DNA from: an uncultured Spirochaetales bacterium
GTDB taxonomy: Bacteria; Spirochaetota; Spirochaetia; Treponematales; JBGSOB01
Assembly: GCA_964399285.1 (NCBI GenBank)
Contig: CAYNQK010000004.1
Coordinates: forward strand, 7,651-71,650
Direction: 5' to 3'
DNA length: 64,000 nucleotides
The position numbers were made by a program, and so were the translations under genes. The notes under the pieces were generated by a model that saw nothing but the letters and a program-made list of their open reading frames with translations, did no database searches and was not told where the DNA came from. Within the stretch, counting starts at the first letter, position 1. Each line of letters starts with the position of its first letter. This document shows, one piece after another, positions 8,364 through 18,636 of the stretch.

Positions 8364-11300
8364 TCACTTGACCCCGATGACGACGAAGCGATTGAAGGTC
8401 GTACCGTAGTGCCAGCCCGTCCGGTAGAGCCGGTAGGCGAAGCCCACGCGGTCGACGTTCCGGAAATCGACGGCGGCGAAGGAGAGCGTCGTCGGATCGG
8501 GCATATCGAATCTGCCGGTACCCGGGTCGAAGGGGGCCCAGCGGAAGCCCGGGGCGGGGTTGTCGTCGAAATCCACGAGGCTGAACCTTCCCGAGAAGAC
8601 CTCGTCGTGCTCCGCCTCCGAGATATAGAACCGCGAGGAACCGGACGGCTCGATTTCCCTGACCACGAAGCGGATGGAACAGGCGTCGGCCCCCGTTCCG
8701 TCGGTCTCGAGCACGAGGCTCGCTCGCTGGCTCCCCTCGCCGAAGGATACGACGGCGCCGGGATCGACCGACATCTGGTCCTTGCGCCAGAGGAGGAGCC
8801 CCGAGAATACCGTGGGCACGCCCTCCTGGCCGCCGGCGGGCAGGTCGAGGCTGCATCCCGTCCACGCCTTGAGGGCCCTTCCCCGCATCCCGTAGAACAC
8901 GACGGTGTTATCCCGCGCGGGGTCCCAATCGGGATCGTGGGAGGCGTTGTACTCGTCGACGAGGATCCGGAGGGCGAAGGCGCCCGATGGATTCAAGGGG
9001 GAAGTAGCCGTTAAAACGACGGTCGAGTCGAGATAATGCGCGTTGAAGAGCGGGGCGTCGGTATTCACGGGATGATACAACGCATGGGAAATCCCCGCGA
9101 CGTCGTCGATCATCGCGTTTCCGTCAGGATCGAAGCGCGTCCTGTACTCCTCGGTGCCGTCAGCTCGCTCGAGCGGGACCTGGGGAAGGTCGAGGCCGTC
9201 GAAAAGCACGAGGCTGTTGGCCCCCGTGCCCTCGGGGTCGACGACGATCGAAATAACCGCGTAATCCGGATCCCCGTCGGCGTCGCTCGCCCGCACGACG
9301 AAACGGGCGGTCTCGAGCGACGCGGGAGCGCCCGAGAGGACGAGGGACGCGGAACCGACGCCCGATGCTGAAGCGGCGGAAACGCCGGCGGGAAGCCTCC
9401 CCCCGAGGACGGCGATCGCGAGGGAGCCGTCTCCGCCGGAAGCGGAAATCTCTCCGGCGAATCCCAGGCCGACCTCGCCGCGCAAAATGCGATCCTCCTC
9501 GATGGAAGGACGATTCCCGATCGGTTCGTCCATGGACCTGATCCCCTCCTGAAGCTCCGCGAACTCCTGCAAGGCGGCCCAGCGAGGCGATTCGTCCGGC
9601 GACTCGGTGACGTCCTCCTTCGCGCCCCAGTATCCGAAGTATCCGTATCCGCCGATATCGACGAAGAGGCTCGCGGTCCGTCCGCCGATCGCGGACCAGA
9701 CGGCCCAGTGCTCGAGGTAGAGCTCCTCCATGACAGGATGCTTGTGCAGGTTCTCGAGGAAGCGCATGAACGCCGCATGCTCAGGGTTGTTCCAGTCGCC
9801 GCGGCCCGTGGCGAGGATGTGGGATCCGCCCTCATAGGCGATGAGGCCGATGCCGTTCTCGCGGCAGAGCCGGCCGTTGCCCCGCCAGGTCTCGAGGTCG
9901 CGGTAGATGGCGGAACGCGCGCATTCCCTGGCCATCTCGTAGACCTCGTCGCCGGGACTGCCCTGGCCGTAGGGAAGCTCGTAAAGCTCCTCCGTCAGCC
10001 CCGCGCCGAAGTAAGTCGTCACAGCGAGGACCTCGGCGAGGCGCGGGTCGACCGAAGCGGCCCCCTCGAGCGCTTCCGCGTTGTAGGTCGGCGAAGCCTG
10101 GAAGCCCGCGAGGACGTTGACGCAGCGCGCGTCGCTGCCCCCCGAAGCCCACCAGCCGTTCTCGAAGGCTTGGATCGCCTCGCCCTGGAGCCTTCCGGAG
10201 CCCCATCCCTGGCTTTCGCCGTGAGCGTTCCCCGCGGCGAGGGCGGCCCGGTATTGAGGCTGGTAGGGGCCGTAGTTGTTCCAGAGCTCGTTCGATAACT
10301 CGAACCACACCCGGAGCGACAGGGACAGCCTCGATTCGACGAGGGTCGCGAGGTTGTAGATATGGTCGCGCGTGGCGAGGTGGGGAACCTGGAGCCATGC
10401 GTCCTTGCCTGAACGGTTCGCGAGGTCGACGAGCCATTCGTACGGGATCGCGCATTTTCCCCTGAAATGCGCCACGGGATGCCGCTCGTAGTTGAAGGGG
10501 TCGACGCCGCGGAGGTTCGTGAGCGTGTAGCCCTCGGGCATCCTGTCTTGCCAATCGACGGGCGTCCCGTCCTCGATGCCGTTGATGTTGAGGAATCCCA
10601 TGAAACGGATGACGCCCGAGGGATCGGAGCCGAGGTGATCGAGGTAGGCGGGGTGCCAGATCGGATCCGGCTGCCCGGGAGCGGGCTCGGTGCAGTACGC
10701 GGAGAGCATGCCCGGCCCCATGGTAGCCGCGTCGTACGCGCTCATATCGAGCTCGGCTACGCCCGCGCCGTCGCGGACCGGGGTCCACATCCTGACGTCG
10801 CGGATCGGGTCGGCGGGATCGGGAGAACGGTAGCGGAAGTTGACGCCGCGGCCGGGATCGCGGACCTTCACGATGACGCGATGGTCGCCAGCCGGGAGGA
10901 TCTGCGTGCCTACGAGGGGATCGCCGTCGTTCTGCGTGTCGGTGATCCATAGGCGCTGGCTTCCCTCGTTCGCGGGATCGGGGAGCGTCCGGCCGGCCCA
11001 GGTGATCACGTATATTCCGGTCATGTTCCGGTAATCGAGCGACCTGAGATCGCCCTCAGGCGTATCTTCCTTCAAACGGTAGTAGCTGCTCACGGACACT
11101 GAATAGCCATCCGGGACGCGGATCGGCCAGCCCGTCGGACCCACGGGAAGGTCGCCAAGAATAGATGGATCCGCGAGGAAGTCGTCGGCTTGGCCGGAAT
11201 TTTCCTTCTCGTCGAGGATCCACACCTCGGCTCCGAGGGTCGCGTTGGCGTAGAGCCACGCCGTCGAAGCGTCTCCCGAGGCGTTGTTCTGGAGGAGTGG

Positions 11301-11474
11301 TAGGGTGGATATCTCGAGTATCGTCCGCCAATCGTCGGGGATCGGGGGAAGGTCGGGGATGCCGGGAGTCGGGGCCGGTCCGCTCCGGTTCGGCGCGAAA
11401 GCGCAGGAAACGGCGGAGACGAGGATCGCCGCGAAAGCGAGCCGGGCTATACGGGCTTTTCCGAAGATAAACAT
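8364..11474 (-). CDS. Large secreted lipoprotein with clan GH-A-like (TIM-barrel glycosidase-like) core and Ig-like repeat
   Basis: Signal peptide plus lipobox (AAILVSAVSC). The central region has candidate acid/base WFELSNELWN and nucleophile LIAYEGGSH motifs. A He_PIG-like segment follows (GGRLPAGVS...LSGAP...ASDADGD). The GGGAG SD spacing favours ATG 11474; the ORF-track start is 11480. Confidence 0.55.
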   Translation of the reverse strand: MFIFGKARIARLAFAAILVSAVSCAFAPNRSGPAPTPGIPDLPPIPDDWRTILEISTLPLLQNNASGDASTAWLYANATLGAEVWILDEKENSGQADDFLADPSILGDLPVGPTGWPIRVPDGYSVSVSSYYRLKEDTPEGDLRSLDYRNMTGIYVITWAGRTLPDPANEGSQRLWITDTQNDGDPLVGTQILPAGDHRVIVKVRDPGRGVNFRYRSPDPADPIRDVRMWTPVRDGAGVAELDMSAYDAATMGPGMLSAYCTEPAPGQPDPIWHPAYLDHLGSDPSGVIRFMGFLNINGIEDGTPVDWQDRMPEGYTLTNLRGVDPFNYERHPVAHFRGKCAIPYEWLVDLANRSGKDAWLQVPHLATRDHIYNLATLVESRLSLSLRVWFELSNELWNNYGPYQPQYRAALAAGNAHGESQGWGSGRLQGEAIQAFENGWWASGGSDARCVNVLAGFQASPTYNAEALEGAASVDPRLAEVLAVTTYFGAGLTEELYELPYGQGSPGDEVYEMARECARSAIYRDLETWRGNGRLCRENGIGLIAYEGGSHILATGRGDWNNPEHAAFMRFLENLHKHPVMEELYLEHWAVWSAIGGRTASLFVDIGGYGYFGYWGAKEDVTESPDESPRWAALQEFAELQEGIRSMDEPIGNRPSIEEDRILRGEVGLGFAGEISASGGDGSLAIAVLGGRLPAGVSAASASGVGSASLVLSGAPASLETARFVVRASDADGDPDYAVISIVVDPEGTGANSLVLFDGLDLPQVPLERADGTEEYRTRFDPDGNAMIDDVAGISHALYHPVNTDAPLFNAHYLDSTVVLTATSPLNPSGAFALRILVDEYNASHDPDWDPARDNTVVFYGMRGRALKAWTGCSLDLPAGGQEGVPTVFSGLLLWRKDQMSVDPGAVVSFGEGSQRASLVLETDGTGADACSIRFVVREIEPSGSSRFYISEAEHDEVFSGRFSLVDFDDNPAPGFRWAPFDPGTGRFDMPDPTTLSFAAVDFRNVDRVGFAYRLYRTGWHYGTTFNRFVVIGVK

Positions 11475-11866
11475 AGGCATCTCCCGTGATTACTTGTGGC
11501 AATGCGCGATTTCCCTAGTCCATGACAATATCACGCGCGAATGGCGGATACCGGGAATGAGGTACCGCGCGACAGTCGATTATGCGCGTTTTTTCCGTGA
11601 TAGAGCGCTTGCTCGATAGGAGGCGGGATGGTACCATGCCGGCATCTCGTTCGACCGAGGAGGCCTGAATGCTGAAAATGGCGATTGCGCTCGAAACGGC
11701 CCGCGGCCTCTCACCGCGTTCGGGATCCTAGGTTCTACCTAGGCGCGCGGAACCCTCGCGTTCCGCGACGGCCCCTCCCGCCTCGCCCGGCCGCCGCCGT
11801 TCACCTCCATTACCCATAATCACGCGATTCTCGAAGGGGGCCGCATCATGCCGGAGGCATAGGATC

Positions 11867-12994
11867 ATGCGACTTGAACGCTACGGTTGGAACGAAGAAC
11901 ATGAACAGGATTTCTTTGGCGCTCTCGGATCGCGCGGGGATCTCGTCCCCGGAAGGGTGACGGGAATAGCGCGGAGCCTCGTCGAGGTCGAGCTCGAATC
12001 CGGCGCGAGGAGGGCGCGCCTCTCGGGGAGGCTCCTCAAGGAGTCGAAGGAAACGGGGATGCCCGCCGCCGTGGGCGATTGGGCCGCCTGCCGCGACGGA
12101 GGAGCGGAGGAGGGCGCGAGCATCGCCGCGCTCCTTCCCCGGCGCGGCTCTATCGAACGGAAGCGCGCGATCTCCGGCGGGAGGCGCATCGTGGACGGCG
12201 AGGCGGCCGGAGGCAAGACCGAGGCCCAGGTCGTCGCGGCTAACGTCGATATCGCCTTCATCGTCTCCCCGCTCGGCCCCTCGTCGGAGCCGGGCGCGGG
12301 CTTCTCCAGGATAGAGCGATCGGTGGCGATCTGCGCGGCGGGAGGCGTCCGTCCCGTGGTGGTGTACAACAAGGCCGACCTCGTCGACGTCGATTCGCTC
12401 GGCCTCATCCTCGAGGCCGCGCTCTCCATCGCGCCAGAGGCCGTGGCGTCGTCCGCATTGGACGGACGGGGAATGGGCCGGATCGCGGAGGCGCTCTCTC
12501 CGGGAAAGACGGCTGTCTTCTTCGGACCATCGGGCGCCGGCAAGTCCAGCATCGTCAACGCCCTCATGCGCGCGGGAGGCGATTACGCGGAGGGATTCGA
12601 GCCCATAGATACGGGCCCCCTGAGCGGATCGACGGGAAAGGGGCTCCACACGACGACTTCTCGCGGCCTCTACGTCCTTCCCGGAGGGGGGATCGTCATA
12701 GACACGCCGGGGATGCGTGAGCTAGCGCTCTGGGCCGACGAGTCCGCGCTCGACGAGGCTTTTTCGGACATCGAAAGGCTCGCCTCGACCTGCCGATTCA
12801 CCGATTGCTCCCACAGGACGGAACCGGGATGCCGCATCCGCGAGGCCCTGAGTAACGGAGAACTCGAAGAGAGACGCTACGAGAATTGGCGGCGCATGAG
12901 AGGGGAGGTCGGACGGCTCGACATGAGGAAGATCGCGCTCTGGCAGAAGCAGAACGCCCGAGCGAAGCGCTATTTCGACGAGGAGCACCGCTAG
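11867..12994 (+). CDS. rsgA: Ribosome small-subunit-dependent GTPase A
   Basis: Circularly permuted GTPase motifs NKADL, GPSGAGKSSIVNAL, DTPGMRE, and the Zn cluster CRFTDCSHRTEPGC. A GGAGG SD lies upstream. Confidence 0.9.
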   Translation: MRLERYGWNEEHEQDFFGALGSRGDLVPGRVTGIARSLVEVELESGARRARLSGRLLKESKETGMPAAVGDWAACRDGGAEEGASIAALLPRRGSIERKRAISGGRRIVDGEAAGGKTEAQVVAANVDIAFIVSPLGPSSEPGAGFSRIERSVAICAAGGVRPVVVYNKADLVDVDSLGLILEAALSIAPEAVASSALDGRGMGRIAEALSPGKTAVFFGPSGAGKSSIVNALMRAGGDYAEGFEPIDTGPLSGSTGKGLHTTTSRGLYVLPGGGIVIDTPGMRELALWADESALDEAFSDIERLASTCRFTDCSHRTEPGCRIREALSNGELEERRYENWRRMRGEVGRLDMRKIALWQKQNARAKRYFDEEHR

Positions 12995-13020
12995 GGAGCG
13001 CTTTTCGGGCCCGTGAGCCT

Positions 13021-13069
13021 GAATAGCGATCGCGCGCCGCCTGATGACGCGGCGCGCGATCGGCTATTC
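13021..13069. terminator. Long GC hairpin between convergent rsgA and acpP (bidirectional terminator candidate)
   Basis: GAATAGCGATCGCGCGCCGC - CTGATGA - GCGGCGCGCGATCGGCTATTC: a roughly 20-bp stem with one bulge. Confidence 0.5.
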
Positions 13070-13108
13070 CGAGGAGAATACGCTCTGGCGGGAAAAGGCC
13101 CCGCTTCC

Positions 13109-13339
13109 TTAGGCCTTGTTCTTCTCGATGTAGCTCACGAGATCGCCCACGGTGGTGAGGTTGGCGATTTCGGTGTCGGGGATCTTCACCCCGAATTCGG
13201 TCTCGATCTCGTAGATCATCTCGTACATGTCGAGGGAATCCAGGCCGAGGTCGACCATCGCCTTATCGGCGGTGACCTGCGCGGGATCCGCGTCGAGCTT
13301 GTTCTTGAAGATGGTCTTGATCTTGTCGATAGTGTCCAC
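13109..13339 (-). CDS. acpP: Acyl carrier protein
   Basis: Phosphopantetheine site LGLDSLDMYEMI. AAGGAG followed 5 nt later by GTG at 13339 gives a 76-aa ACP. The ORF-track start at 13399 would add an atypical 20-aa extension. Confidence 0.85.
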   Translation of the reverse strand: MDTIDKIKTIFKNKLDADPAQVTADKAMVDLGLDSLDMYEMIYEIETEFGVKIPDTEIANLTTVGDLVSYIEKNKA

Positions 13340-13408
13340 GCTGTTCTCCTTCGTGCGCCCGTGGGCGCTCTGTATATGGACGGGGCACAGGGCCCCCATC
13401 GCTCCTTG

Positions 13409-14344
13409 CTAGGCCTTCTGCTCCTCGCGGAAATGGCCGATAGACCTGATCTTCTGGTTGCGGAACCGCACGAGGGCCTGGGGGCTGGCCTTCTCGAGGT
13501 CCGCGATCTCCTCTACGATCTTGGCCTTGATGGCGGCCGCGACCGAGGCGGGATCCTTGTGCGCCCCGCCCTCGGGCTCGGGAATGACGCCGTTCACGAT
13601 CTTGAACTCGAGGAGATCCGCGCTCGTGATGCGCATGATGTCCGCGGATTCCCTCGCGCGCGCCTTGGAGGCGTCGCGGAGGAGGATCGACGCGAAGCCC
13701 TCGGGCGAAATGACCGAGTAGACCGCGTTTTCGAGCATGTAGATGCGGTCGGCGACGCCGATGCTGAGCGCTCCCCCGGAGCCGCCCTCGCCGATGACGA
13801 AGCATATCACGGGAGTCTTGAGGCGGGAGAATTCCTTTAGGTTCCTGGCGATGGCCTCGCCGATCCCGCGCTCCTCGGCGCCGATCCCCGGATACGCGCC
13901 CGCCGTGTCGATGAAGGTGACGACGGGCCGGCCGAAGGTTTCGGCCTCCTTGGCGAGCCTGAGCGCCTTCCTGCAGCCCTCGGGATTGGACATCCCGTAG
14001 TTGCAGCGGATGTTCTCCTTGAGGTTCTTGCCCTTGCGGTGGCCGAGGAAGGTGATGTACCTGTCGCCTATCCTTCCGATGCCGCCCATGATGGCCGGAT
14101 CGTCGCCGTAGAGACGGTCGCCGCAGAGCTCCATGTAATCGTCGAAAATGAGGGAGACGTAATCCTGCACGCCGGGGCGGGCTGGATGCCGCGCGAGCTC
14201 GACCCGTTTCCACGCGGAGCCGGAGGCCTTGTCCACCTCGATCCTACGCTCGATCTCGGTGATGGCGTCAGAGAGGTCGAGGGAGCTCGCCCTGGAGAGC
14301 TCCTTGAGTTCGTTGAGCTTCTGCTCGAGTTCCGATAGGGACAT
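13409..14344 (-). CDS. accA: Acetyl-CoA carboxylase carboxyltransferase alpha subunit
   Basis: Starts MSLSELEQKLNELKEL. Motifs FIDTAGAYPGIGAEERG and GEGGSGGAL. The ATG shares 1 nt with the accD stop (TGATG). The upstream part of the 569-aa track ORF is out-of-frame read-through over accD. Confidence 0.9.
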   Translation of the reverse strand: MSLSELEQKLNELKELSRASSLDLSDAITEIERRIEVDKASGSAWKRVELARHPARPGVQDYVSLIFDDYMELCGDRLYGDDPAIMGGIGRIGDRYITFLGHRKGKNLKENIRCNYGMSNPEGCRKALRLAKEAETFGRPVVTFIDTAGAYPGIGAEERGIGEAIARNLKEFSRLKTPVICFVIGEGGSGGALSIGVADRIYMLENAVYSVISPEGFASILLRDASKARARESADIMRITSADLLEFKIVNGVIPEPEGGAHKDPASVAAAIKAKIVEEIADLEKASPQALVRFRNQKIRSIGHFREEQKA

Positions 14345-15138
14345 CAGGATCTCCTCTTGTGCGCGTCGATGAGGAACGCGAGCGTCTTTCGCTGGCGATC
14401 GCGCGGGACCACCGCGTCCACGAAGCCGTGGTTCAGGTGGAAGTCGGCGCGGCGGAATCCGTCCGGCAGCTTCTGCTTGATGGTCCCCTCGATGACGCGG
14501 TCGCCGGCGAAACCGATGAGGGCGCCCGGCTCGGCGATGGCGACGTTTCCGAGCATGGCGAAGCTCGCCGTGACGCCGCCGGTGGTGGGATCGCAGAGCA
14601 CGAGTATCAGCGGGTTGCCCGATTCCTCGAGCTCGGCAGCGGCGGAGGAGGTCTTGGCCATCTGCATGAGGGAGAAAATGCCTTCCTGCATGCGGGCGCC
14701 GCCCGAGGTGCTGAAGACGATGACGGGCAGGCCTTCGGCGGCGCCGCGGAGCATGGCCCGGGCGATCTTCTCTCCGACTACCGAGCCCATGGAGCCTCCC
14801 ATGAAGCGGAAGGACATCAGGGCGAGGATGCAGGGGCGGCCGTCTATGGAGGCGCGGCCGGTGACGACGGCCTCCTTCTCGCTCGCCTTGGCCTTGGCCT
14901 CGGTGAGCTTCTCGGCGTAGCCCGCCATCTCGATGGGATTGAGCGATACCATCGCGTCGTCGAACTCCGAGAAGCTCCCCTTGTCCACGAGCCAGGAGAG
15001 GCGCTCCCGGGGCTCTATGCGGGCGTGGTTTCCGCAAGCGGGGCAGACGGAGTAGGAGAGGAGGCGGGCCACCTCGGGATTGGAGGGATCGAACTCGTCC
15101 TTGCCGCAGGACGAGCACGAGAAGGATTTATCAGCCAT
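14344..15138 (-). CDS. accD: Acetyl-CoA carboxylase carboxyltransferase beta subunit
   Basis: N-terminal Zn ribbon CSSCGK...CPACGNH and the CT-beta core (FMGGSMGSVVGEK). Confidence 0.9.
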   Translation of the reverse strand: MADKSFSCSSCGKDEFDPSNPEVARLLSYSVCPACGNHARIEPRERLSWLVDKGSFSEFDDAMVSLNPIEMAGYAEKLTEAKAKASEKEAVVTGRASIDGRPCILALMSFRFMGGSMGSVVGEKIARAMLRGAAEGLPVIVFSTSGGARMQEGIFSLMQMAKTSSAAAELEESGNPLILVLCDPTTGGVTASFAMLGNVAIAEPGALIGFAGDRVIEGTIKQKLPDGFRRADFHLNHGFVDAVVPRDRQRKTLAFLIDAHKRRS

Positions 15139-16513
15139 TCGGCAGCTCCTTGGCGAGCGTTTCGTACAGGCCCGTCCCGAACTGGCCGGAGACGAACTGC
15201 TTGGATTTGAGGATCGCGAGCTGGGACGCGGTATTGACCTTGATGCCCTCGATGACGAGCTCGCCGAGGGCGCGTTCCATGCGCCTTAAGCCTTCATCCC
15301 GCGTACGGGCGTGGACGATGATCTTGGCGACGAGAGAGTCGTAATGGGGAGGCACGACGCATCCCGGGTAGAGGAAGGAGTCGGTCCTCACCTCTATGCC
15401 GCCGGGCGGAACGAAAGCGGTTACCTTGCCGGGGGTGAGCGCGTTGACGCGGCACTCGAGGGCGTAGCCGCCGGGGATGAGGATCCCTTTTCCGCAGTCC
15501 GTCGCCATGGTGATGAGGTCCCCGTCGGGGCACTCCATGCGATTGGCCATGGCGACGAGGATCTGCTGCCTGATGAGGTCGTAGCCGGAGATCATCTCGG
15601 TCACGGGATGCTCGACCTGGATGCGCGCGTTCACTTCCATGAAGAAGAATTCTTTTCCGACGACGAGGAATTCGATGGTTCCCGCGCCCGCGTAGCCTAA
15701 GTCCCTGAAGAGCCGCGATGCGTCGGCGGCCATTTTACGGTGCATGGCGTCGGTGACCCCGGGAGAGGGGCTCTCCTCGAGGAGTTTCTGGTGGTTGCGC
15801 TGGACCGAGCAGTCGCGCTCCCCGAGGACGCAGACGTTCCCCATGCCGTCGGCCATGACCTGGAGCTCCACGTGCCGGGAATTCTCGAGGTAGCGCTCGA
15901 GGAAGACCGTTCCGTCGGAGAAGGACTTTTCGGCTTCGCTCGAGGCGAGGACGAGGTTCTTCTCGAGGTCCGCGAAGTCGCGGACGATGCGCATTCCCTT
16001 GCCGCCGCCGCCCGAGGCGGCCTTGATGATGAGGGGGAGCCCGACTTTCTTGGCGATCTCCATGGCCTCGGGGCCGCCCGCGGGAACGGCGCCGGGCGAG
16101 CCGGGTATGAGGGGAAGGCCCGCGGCGACGGCGGCGTTCTTGGCCTTCACCTTGTCGCCGAGGAGGTCGATGACGTCGGGATCGGCCCCGATGAACGTCA
16201 ATCCGGCCTCGCGGACCTGGCGCGCGAAGGAAGCGTTCTCGGAGAGGAAGCCGACGCCGGGATGGATGGCGTCGCAGCCGGCGCTGACAGCCGCCGTGAT
16301 GAGGGCGGATCGATTTAGGTATGACTCCGCGGCGGGGGGCGGACCGATGCACACGGCGGCGTCGGCCATCCTGACGTGGAGCGCGTCCCGGTCGGCGGAC
16401 GAGTACACGGCCACGGACCGGATGCCGAGCTCGCGGCAGGTCCTGATGACCCGAACCGCGATCTCGCCCCGATTCGCGACGAGGATGCCGCCTTTCATGC
16501 CCTGGGCCTTCAT
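15131..16513 (-). CDS. accC: Biotin carboxylase
   Basis: ATP-grasp motifs ([37 protein letters not shown]). 8-nt overlap with accD and 4-nt overlap with accB. Confidence 0.95.
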   Translation of the reverse strand: MKAQGMKGGILVANRGEIAVRVIRTCRELGIRSVAVYSSADRDALHVRMADAAVCIGPPPAAESYLNRSALITAAVSAGCDAIHPGVGFLSENASFARQVREAGLTFIGADPDVIDLLGDKVKAKNAAVAAGLPLIPGSPGAVPAGGPEAMEIAKKVGLPLIIKAASGGGGKGMRIVRDFADLEKNLVLASSEAEKSFSDGTVFLERYLENSRHVELQVMADGMGNVCVLGERDCSVQRNHQKLLEESPSPGVTDAMHRKMAADASRLFRDLGYAGAGTIEFLVVGKEFFFMEVNARIQVEHPVTEMISGYDLIRQQILVAMANRMECPDGDLITMATDCGKGILIPGGYALECRVNALTPGKVTAFVPPGGIEVRTDSFLYPGCVVPPHYDSLVAKIIVHARTRDEGLRRMERALGELVIEGIKVNTASQLAILKSKQFVSGQFGTGLYETLAKELPNG

Positions 16514-16986
16514 ACCCTGCGGACCTCGAAGAGGGGTTGGCCGTATTCGACCATCTTGCCGTTCTCGGGTAGGACCCGGACGATCTCCATGTCGAACTCG
16601 GCGGTGAATTCGTTCATGACCTTCATGGCCTCGAGGATGCAGAGGGTCTGGCCCGCCTTGACCTTCTTGCCCTGCTCCACGAAGGGAGGAACGTCGGGCC
16701 CGGGAGATCGGTAGAAGGTGGCGACGATCGGGCTCGGGAGGACCGCGTGGCCGTTCGCGGACGCCGCGGGGGCCGCCGGAGCGGGATGCGCGGCCGCCGA
16801 CGGGGGGGGGGAGGGCGGAAGGGGAGCCGCGGGCGCGACGTGGACAGCGGGAGCCGCCTGAGCCTCGCGCGCGGCGCGCGGGTACTTGCTCAGGCTGAGG
16901 CGGGAGTCTCCCGCCGCGTAATCCATCTCGGCGAGGCCTGAAGCGCCGAAGGCGCTGATAAGGTCCAGGATCTCTTTCTCGGTCAT
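16510..16986 (-). CDS. accB: Biotin carboxyl carrier protein
   Basis: Pro/Ala linker, then a biotinyl domain with the EAMKVMNEF attachment motif. Confidence 0.9.
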   Translation of the reverse strand: MTEKEILDLISAFGASGLAEMDYAAGDSRLSLSKYPRAAREAQAAPAVHVAPAAPLPPSPPPSAAAHPAPAAPAASANGHAVLPSPIVATFYRSPGPDVPPFVEQGKKVKAGQTLCILEAMKVMNEFTAEFDMEIVRVLPENGKMVEYGQPLFEVRRV

Positions 16987-16993
16987 GGCAACC

Positions 16994-18166
16994 TCACTCG
17001 TAGGATTGTGGAGAGGCGTAATCGACGCCCGCGAGGCCGAAACCGTGGGCCTCGAGGAAATCCGACCTGAAGCCCTCGTAGTCGGCCACGCGGTCCATGT
17101 TCTCCTCGTTCACGCTTTCCATGACGCGGGCGACCTCGGCCTGGACGGCGGGATCGAGCTCGAGGTCGTCGAGCCTGATCCGGCCCTCGGCGTCGAGGGG
17201 AACGCTTCCTCCCGCGTAGAGGAACGAACGGAACAGCCTGTCGATCTGCTCCATGCAGCCCTCGTGGACTCCCTTTTCCTTCATCACCCGGTAGAGCGAC
17301 ATGATGTAGAGGGGGATCGAGGGGATGACCATGCTCGCGCGGGTCACGAGCGCCTTCTGCACCGAGACGAGGGCCTTGAGGCCTTCGCCGGAATGACGCT
17401 CGGCGAGCTCGCGGGCGGTCGCCTCGAGGTGCTCCTTGGCCTTCCCGAGGGTGCCCGAGCGGTAGATCGGGTGGGAGAAGGCGGGGCCGATGTAGGAATA
17501 CGCGACGGTGATCGCTCCCTCGGCGAGCATGCCCGCCCCGGAGAGCGCGTCGATCCAGAGAGACCAGTCCTCGCCGCCCATGACCTTCACGCAGCCCTCG
17601 GTCTCCTCCTCGGTCGCGGCCTTGATGAGCGTCTCCGAGATCTTCCCGGTGCGTACGTCGACGACCCGTCCCGAGTAGTCCTCTCCGATCGGCTTGATGC
17701 AGGATTGCCAGACCCTGCCGGTCGCGGGATCCTTGCGGACGGGGCTCGCGAGCGAGTAGACGACGAGGTCGAAGGGGCCGAAACCCTCGCGGGCGGCCTT
17801 GATGACCTCGTCACGGGTCGAATCCGCGAACGCGTCGGCCATGATGGTGAGGGAGGGAAGGCCGGCCTTCGCGGCGAGCCTGTCGAATTCGCGGTTGTTG
17901 TAGAGGCCGGGGGTGCCGGACTTGCCGGGAGAGCCCGGACGCTCGAAGGAGACGCCCACGGTGCTCGCGCCGGAGCCGAAGGCGGCGGCGACGCGCGAGG
18001 CGAGGCCGTAGCCCGTGGAGCATCCGAGGACGAGAACGCGCTTGGGGCCGTTCTCGATCGCGCCGCGGTTCCGCTCCCAGGCGACCTGCCTGCGGAGCGC
18101 TTCCGCGCAGCCGTCCGGATGGGCGTTGAGGCAGACGTTGTTGCTGATCATGGGCGAGGCCATCAT
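16994..18166 (-). CDS. fabV: Enoyl-ACP reductase FabV (trans-2-enoyl-CoA reductase family)
   Basis: N-terminus [20 protein letters not shown] parallels T. denticola Ter (MIVKPMVRNNICLNAHPQGC). SDR-like [11 protein letters not shown] motif. Start moved to the Met at 18166 so that it no longer overlaps fabZ. Confidence 0.85.
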   Translation of the reverse strand: MMASPMISNNVCLNAHPDGCAEALRRQVAWERNRGAIENGPKRVLVLGCSTGYGLASRVAAAFGSGASTVGVSFERPGSPGKSGTPGLYNNREFDRLAAKAGLPSLTIMADAFADSTRDEVIKAAREGFGPFDLVVYSLASPVRKDPATGRVWQSCIKPIGEDYSGRVVDVRTGKISETLIKAATEEETEGCVKVMGGEDWSLWIDALSGAGMLAEGAITVAYSYIGPAFSHPIYRSGTLGKAKEHLEATARELAERHSGEGLKALVSVQKALVTRASMVIPSIPLYIMSLYRVMKEKGVHEGCMEQIDRLFRSFLYAGGSVPLDAEGRIRLDDLELDPAVQAEVARVMESVNEENMDRVADYEGFRSDFLEAHGFGLAGVDYASPQSYE

Positions 18167-18210
18167 CGACGACCTCGAACCGATGGGAGCGGTGCCGGAA
18201 TAAGAGCTCG

Positions 18211-18636
18211 TCAAGCGGAAACCTCCTGGGCGATCACCATCCACTCGGCCTCGGCGGCGACCTCGTCGCCCACGAAGGCCTGCCCCGACTGCTTCACCAT
18301 GCGCGGCGAGACGCGGAGGTTCTTGATCTCGAGGCGCACTTCGTCGTTCGGGCGGACCTGGCGGCGGAACTTGACCTTGTCCACGGTCGCGAAGAAGAAG
18401 AGGGTTCCGTCCTTGAAGCTGCCCATCTGGGAGAGTCCGGCACCGCCGGCTTGCGCCATGGTCTCCACGAGGATGACCCCGGGGACGACGGGATAGCCGG
18501 GGAAGTGGCCCTTGAAGAAGAACTCCTTGTCGGTGTACTTCCGGTACGCCACGATCCCATCGGCGTCGGCCCGCTCGAGGCGGTCGACGAAGAGGAAGGG
18601 ATCGCGGTGCGGTATGAGATCCTTAGGATCCTTCAC
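18211..18636 (-). CDS. fabZ: 3-hydroxyacyl-ACP dehydratase
   Basis: Motifs LIPHRDPFLFVDR and GHFPGYPVVPGVILVE. 4-nt overlap with fabF. Confidence 0.9.
   Translation of the reverse strand: MKDPKDLIPHRDPFLFVDRLERADADGIVAYRKYTDKEFFFKGHFPGYPVVPGVILVETMAQAGGAGLSQMGSFKDGTLFFFATVDKVKFRRQVRPNDEVRLEIKNLRVSPRMVKQSGQAFVGDEVAAEAEWMVIAQEVSA

Noticed and set aside
8287-11502. Multiple 100-370-aa ORFs in other frames over the lipoprotein gene (e.g. 9832-10950 minus, 9708-10298 plus)
   Set aside because: All are Arg/Pro/Gly-rich and overlap the single long frame that has a signal peptide, a lipobox and catalytic-type motifs.
13409-15118. Apparent 569-aa 'fusion' ORF covering accA and most of accD
   Set aside because: Only the C-terminal 311 aa (from MSLSELEQ at 14344) is AccA. 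The upstream part is an out-of-frame read over accD with junk composition. The accD stop and accA start form a TGATG junction.
16802-16811. G10 homopolymer (C10 on the coding strand) inside accB, considered as a slipped-strand phase-variation site
   Set aside because: The tract is in frame and encodes the Pro-rich flexible linker (PPSPPPS) of an essential protein. It is more likely a compositional by-product. It is flagged only as a sequencing-error-prone spot.
16985-18496. 503-aa plus-strand ORF opposite fabV and fabZ
   Set aside because: It is antisense to two well-supported genes and has no motifs.
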